From: Azolla caroliniana
Taxonomy: Eukaryota; Plantae; Polypodiophyta
Length of the DNA: 33,007 nt
Assembly (NCBI GenBank): GCA_043228905.1
Contig: JBHGNT010000342.1
Span: 1-33,007, forward strand
Reading direction: 5' to 3'
This document shows positions 31,675 through 33,007 of this stretch, in pieces (the first letter of the stretch is position 1; each line of letters starts with the position of its first letter). A program made the translations under genes and the position numbers. A model generated the notes under the pieces. It saw only the letters and a list, made by a program, of their open reading frames with translations. It was not told where the DNA came from and ran no database searches.

Positions 31675-32136
31675 TGGGAGTAGAAATGAAGAAAGAACCA
31701 CATACACACAATAAGCATTTTACCATTTTGACTTGACCTCGAGATGTGAAATGTATGGACCAGGTCAGCCTAGTTGGATATCTTCTTCTTTCTTCGTTCT
31801 TCGTTCTTCGTTCTTCTTCTCCGATACATATATATGAATGTATAATGTAATGCATAAAATTCAAAAGAATGAATAGAATAGTCTGGTCTCCGTTAGTTGG
31901 GCTAAAATATATACATAGAAATATGGAAACCATACCTGCGTAAGGACTTTCGGTTGCCCTGTTTTAGACAGCCAGAGAGAGACTTATTTCATTCAAAGAG
32001 GGCTCGTCTTAATCTTGGATTTCCTCATCAGATCTGTTTATACCTGCAGGAAGCACTCTCCAACCATAATACATCTCTCACCCCCCCCTCTAAGTGTTTT
32101 CCCTGACTATGACATAAATTCTTGATCCGTCCATAC

Positions 32137-32555
32137 ATGGATCGCCATGGAAGAATCGCGATTCCCGCAGGAATAGCAATTGGTTCCATCTTTGTGCTAC
32201 TCTTCATATTATTTTTCTGTCACTTGTTTCTGAGGTCAAAGAAGAGGAAAACGAGCGATGAAATAAAACGACCAAACTCTTTGGCCATTCAAGATCATGG
32301 TGAAAAAATAAGCGATGAAGTGGACAGGTCGGTTTCGTTGCCTATTCGAGTTAGAGGTGAAAATACAAGCAAAGATCTTTCTAATGCATTGCCTGGTTCC
32401 CATCATCATCGTCATCAATTTCGAGATTATACACTCACTTTTGGGGCCTTTTTAACTAATTGGAGAAGATCAATGCCCGAGTTATATCATGAACAATCCT
32501 TGTCATCATCATCATCCTCATCATCGCAAGATAGGATTACTCAATTCACTTACAA
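32137..32555 (+). CDS. Receptor-like kinase, first coding exon (TM helix plus juxtamembrane region), CRLK1-like
   Basis: ATG 32137; hydrophobic IAIPAGIAIGSIFVLLFILFFC followed by a basic RSKKRK stretch; donor AA|GTATGT at 32556. Confidence 0.8.
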
Positions 32556-32913
32556 GTATGTCTTTGCACTCTTACTTCAATTTCATGATCATATCTTTAA
32601 TGTCTTACATACTCTTAATTCAATGTCACAATCTTACATTACATTCATGTTCCTGTATTATCTAATGTCAATAACTTAACATTCAATGCCGTGCATCTAC
32701 TTTAATGTCTTAACATTGAATGGCTTAGCACTTAGTGTCTTGACATCTCTATCTTGAGATCCCACGTCTAAACCTCCAATACATATCTCAACATTGGCTA
32801 ATGACAAGGCATGGAATGCCTTAACATCCCGTGCCTTCTCATTCAATGTGTTGACATTCTTTCTCTTATATTGGTCTCTTTTTTCTGTCTAATCTGGGAG
32901 CTGAATGAATCAG

Positions 32914-33007
32914 AGAACTTGAGAAAGCAACAAAGAACTTCACCACGCTGATCGGAAAAGGTGCATTTGGATTTGTTTACAAAGCTGTGTTGCCGAAATC
33001 AGTGCTT
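32914..33007 (+). CDS. Receptor-like kinase, second coding exon (kinase subdomain I), runs out of the window
   Basis: Acceptor CAG at 32911-32913. Phase-2 splicing gives FTYKELEKATKNFTTLIGKGAFGFVYKA, resembling calcium/calmodulin-regulated RLK1. Confidence 0.85.

Noticed and set aside
32556-32679. C-terminal part of the 185-aa ORF 32122-32679
   Set aside because: Read-through into the intron. Splicing at 32555/32914 restores the kinase motif.

Overview
Eukaryotic plant genomic DNA, probably from a non-seed plant (inferred from the transposon lineages). About 30 kb is a nest of LTR retrotransposons that can be ordered from LTRs, PBS, PPT and target-site duplications (TSDs). The outermost is an old Tnt1/Tork-like Copia (D, 9989-30114). 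Its 5' LTR is interrupted by (i) a decayed chromovirus (E), which itself carries another Copia (A), a young near-intact self-priming Tcn1/Tf1-like chromovirus (2186-7925) and a solo LTR; and (ii) a minus-strand Copia (C, 10227-24909), which carries a three-LTR non-chromovirus Ty3/gypsy composite (12964-21714). The window ends with the first exons of a CRLK1-like receptor kinase. The main unexplained signal is that three different LTR types, from two distinct gypsy lineages, carry a tRNA-like A-box/B-box (Pol III promoter-like) cassette in U3, always antisense to the element. In one LTR pair all five mismatches fall inside that cassette. Other features: a heat-shock element array, two -1 frameshift signals with pseudoknots (one after the protease), and a fold-back inversion at a self-priming PBS. 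All comparisons were made by eye, without database searches.
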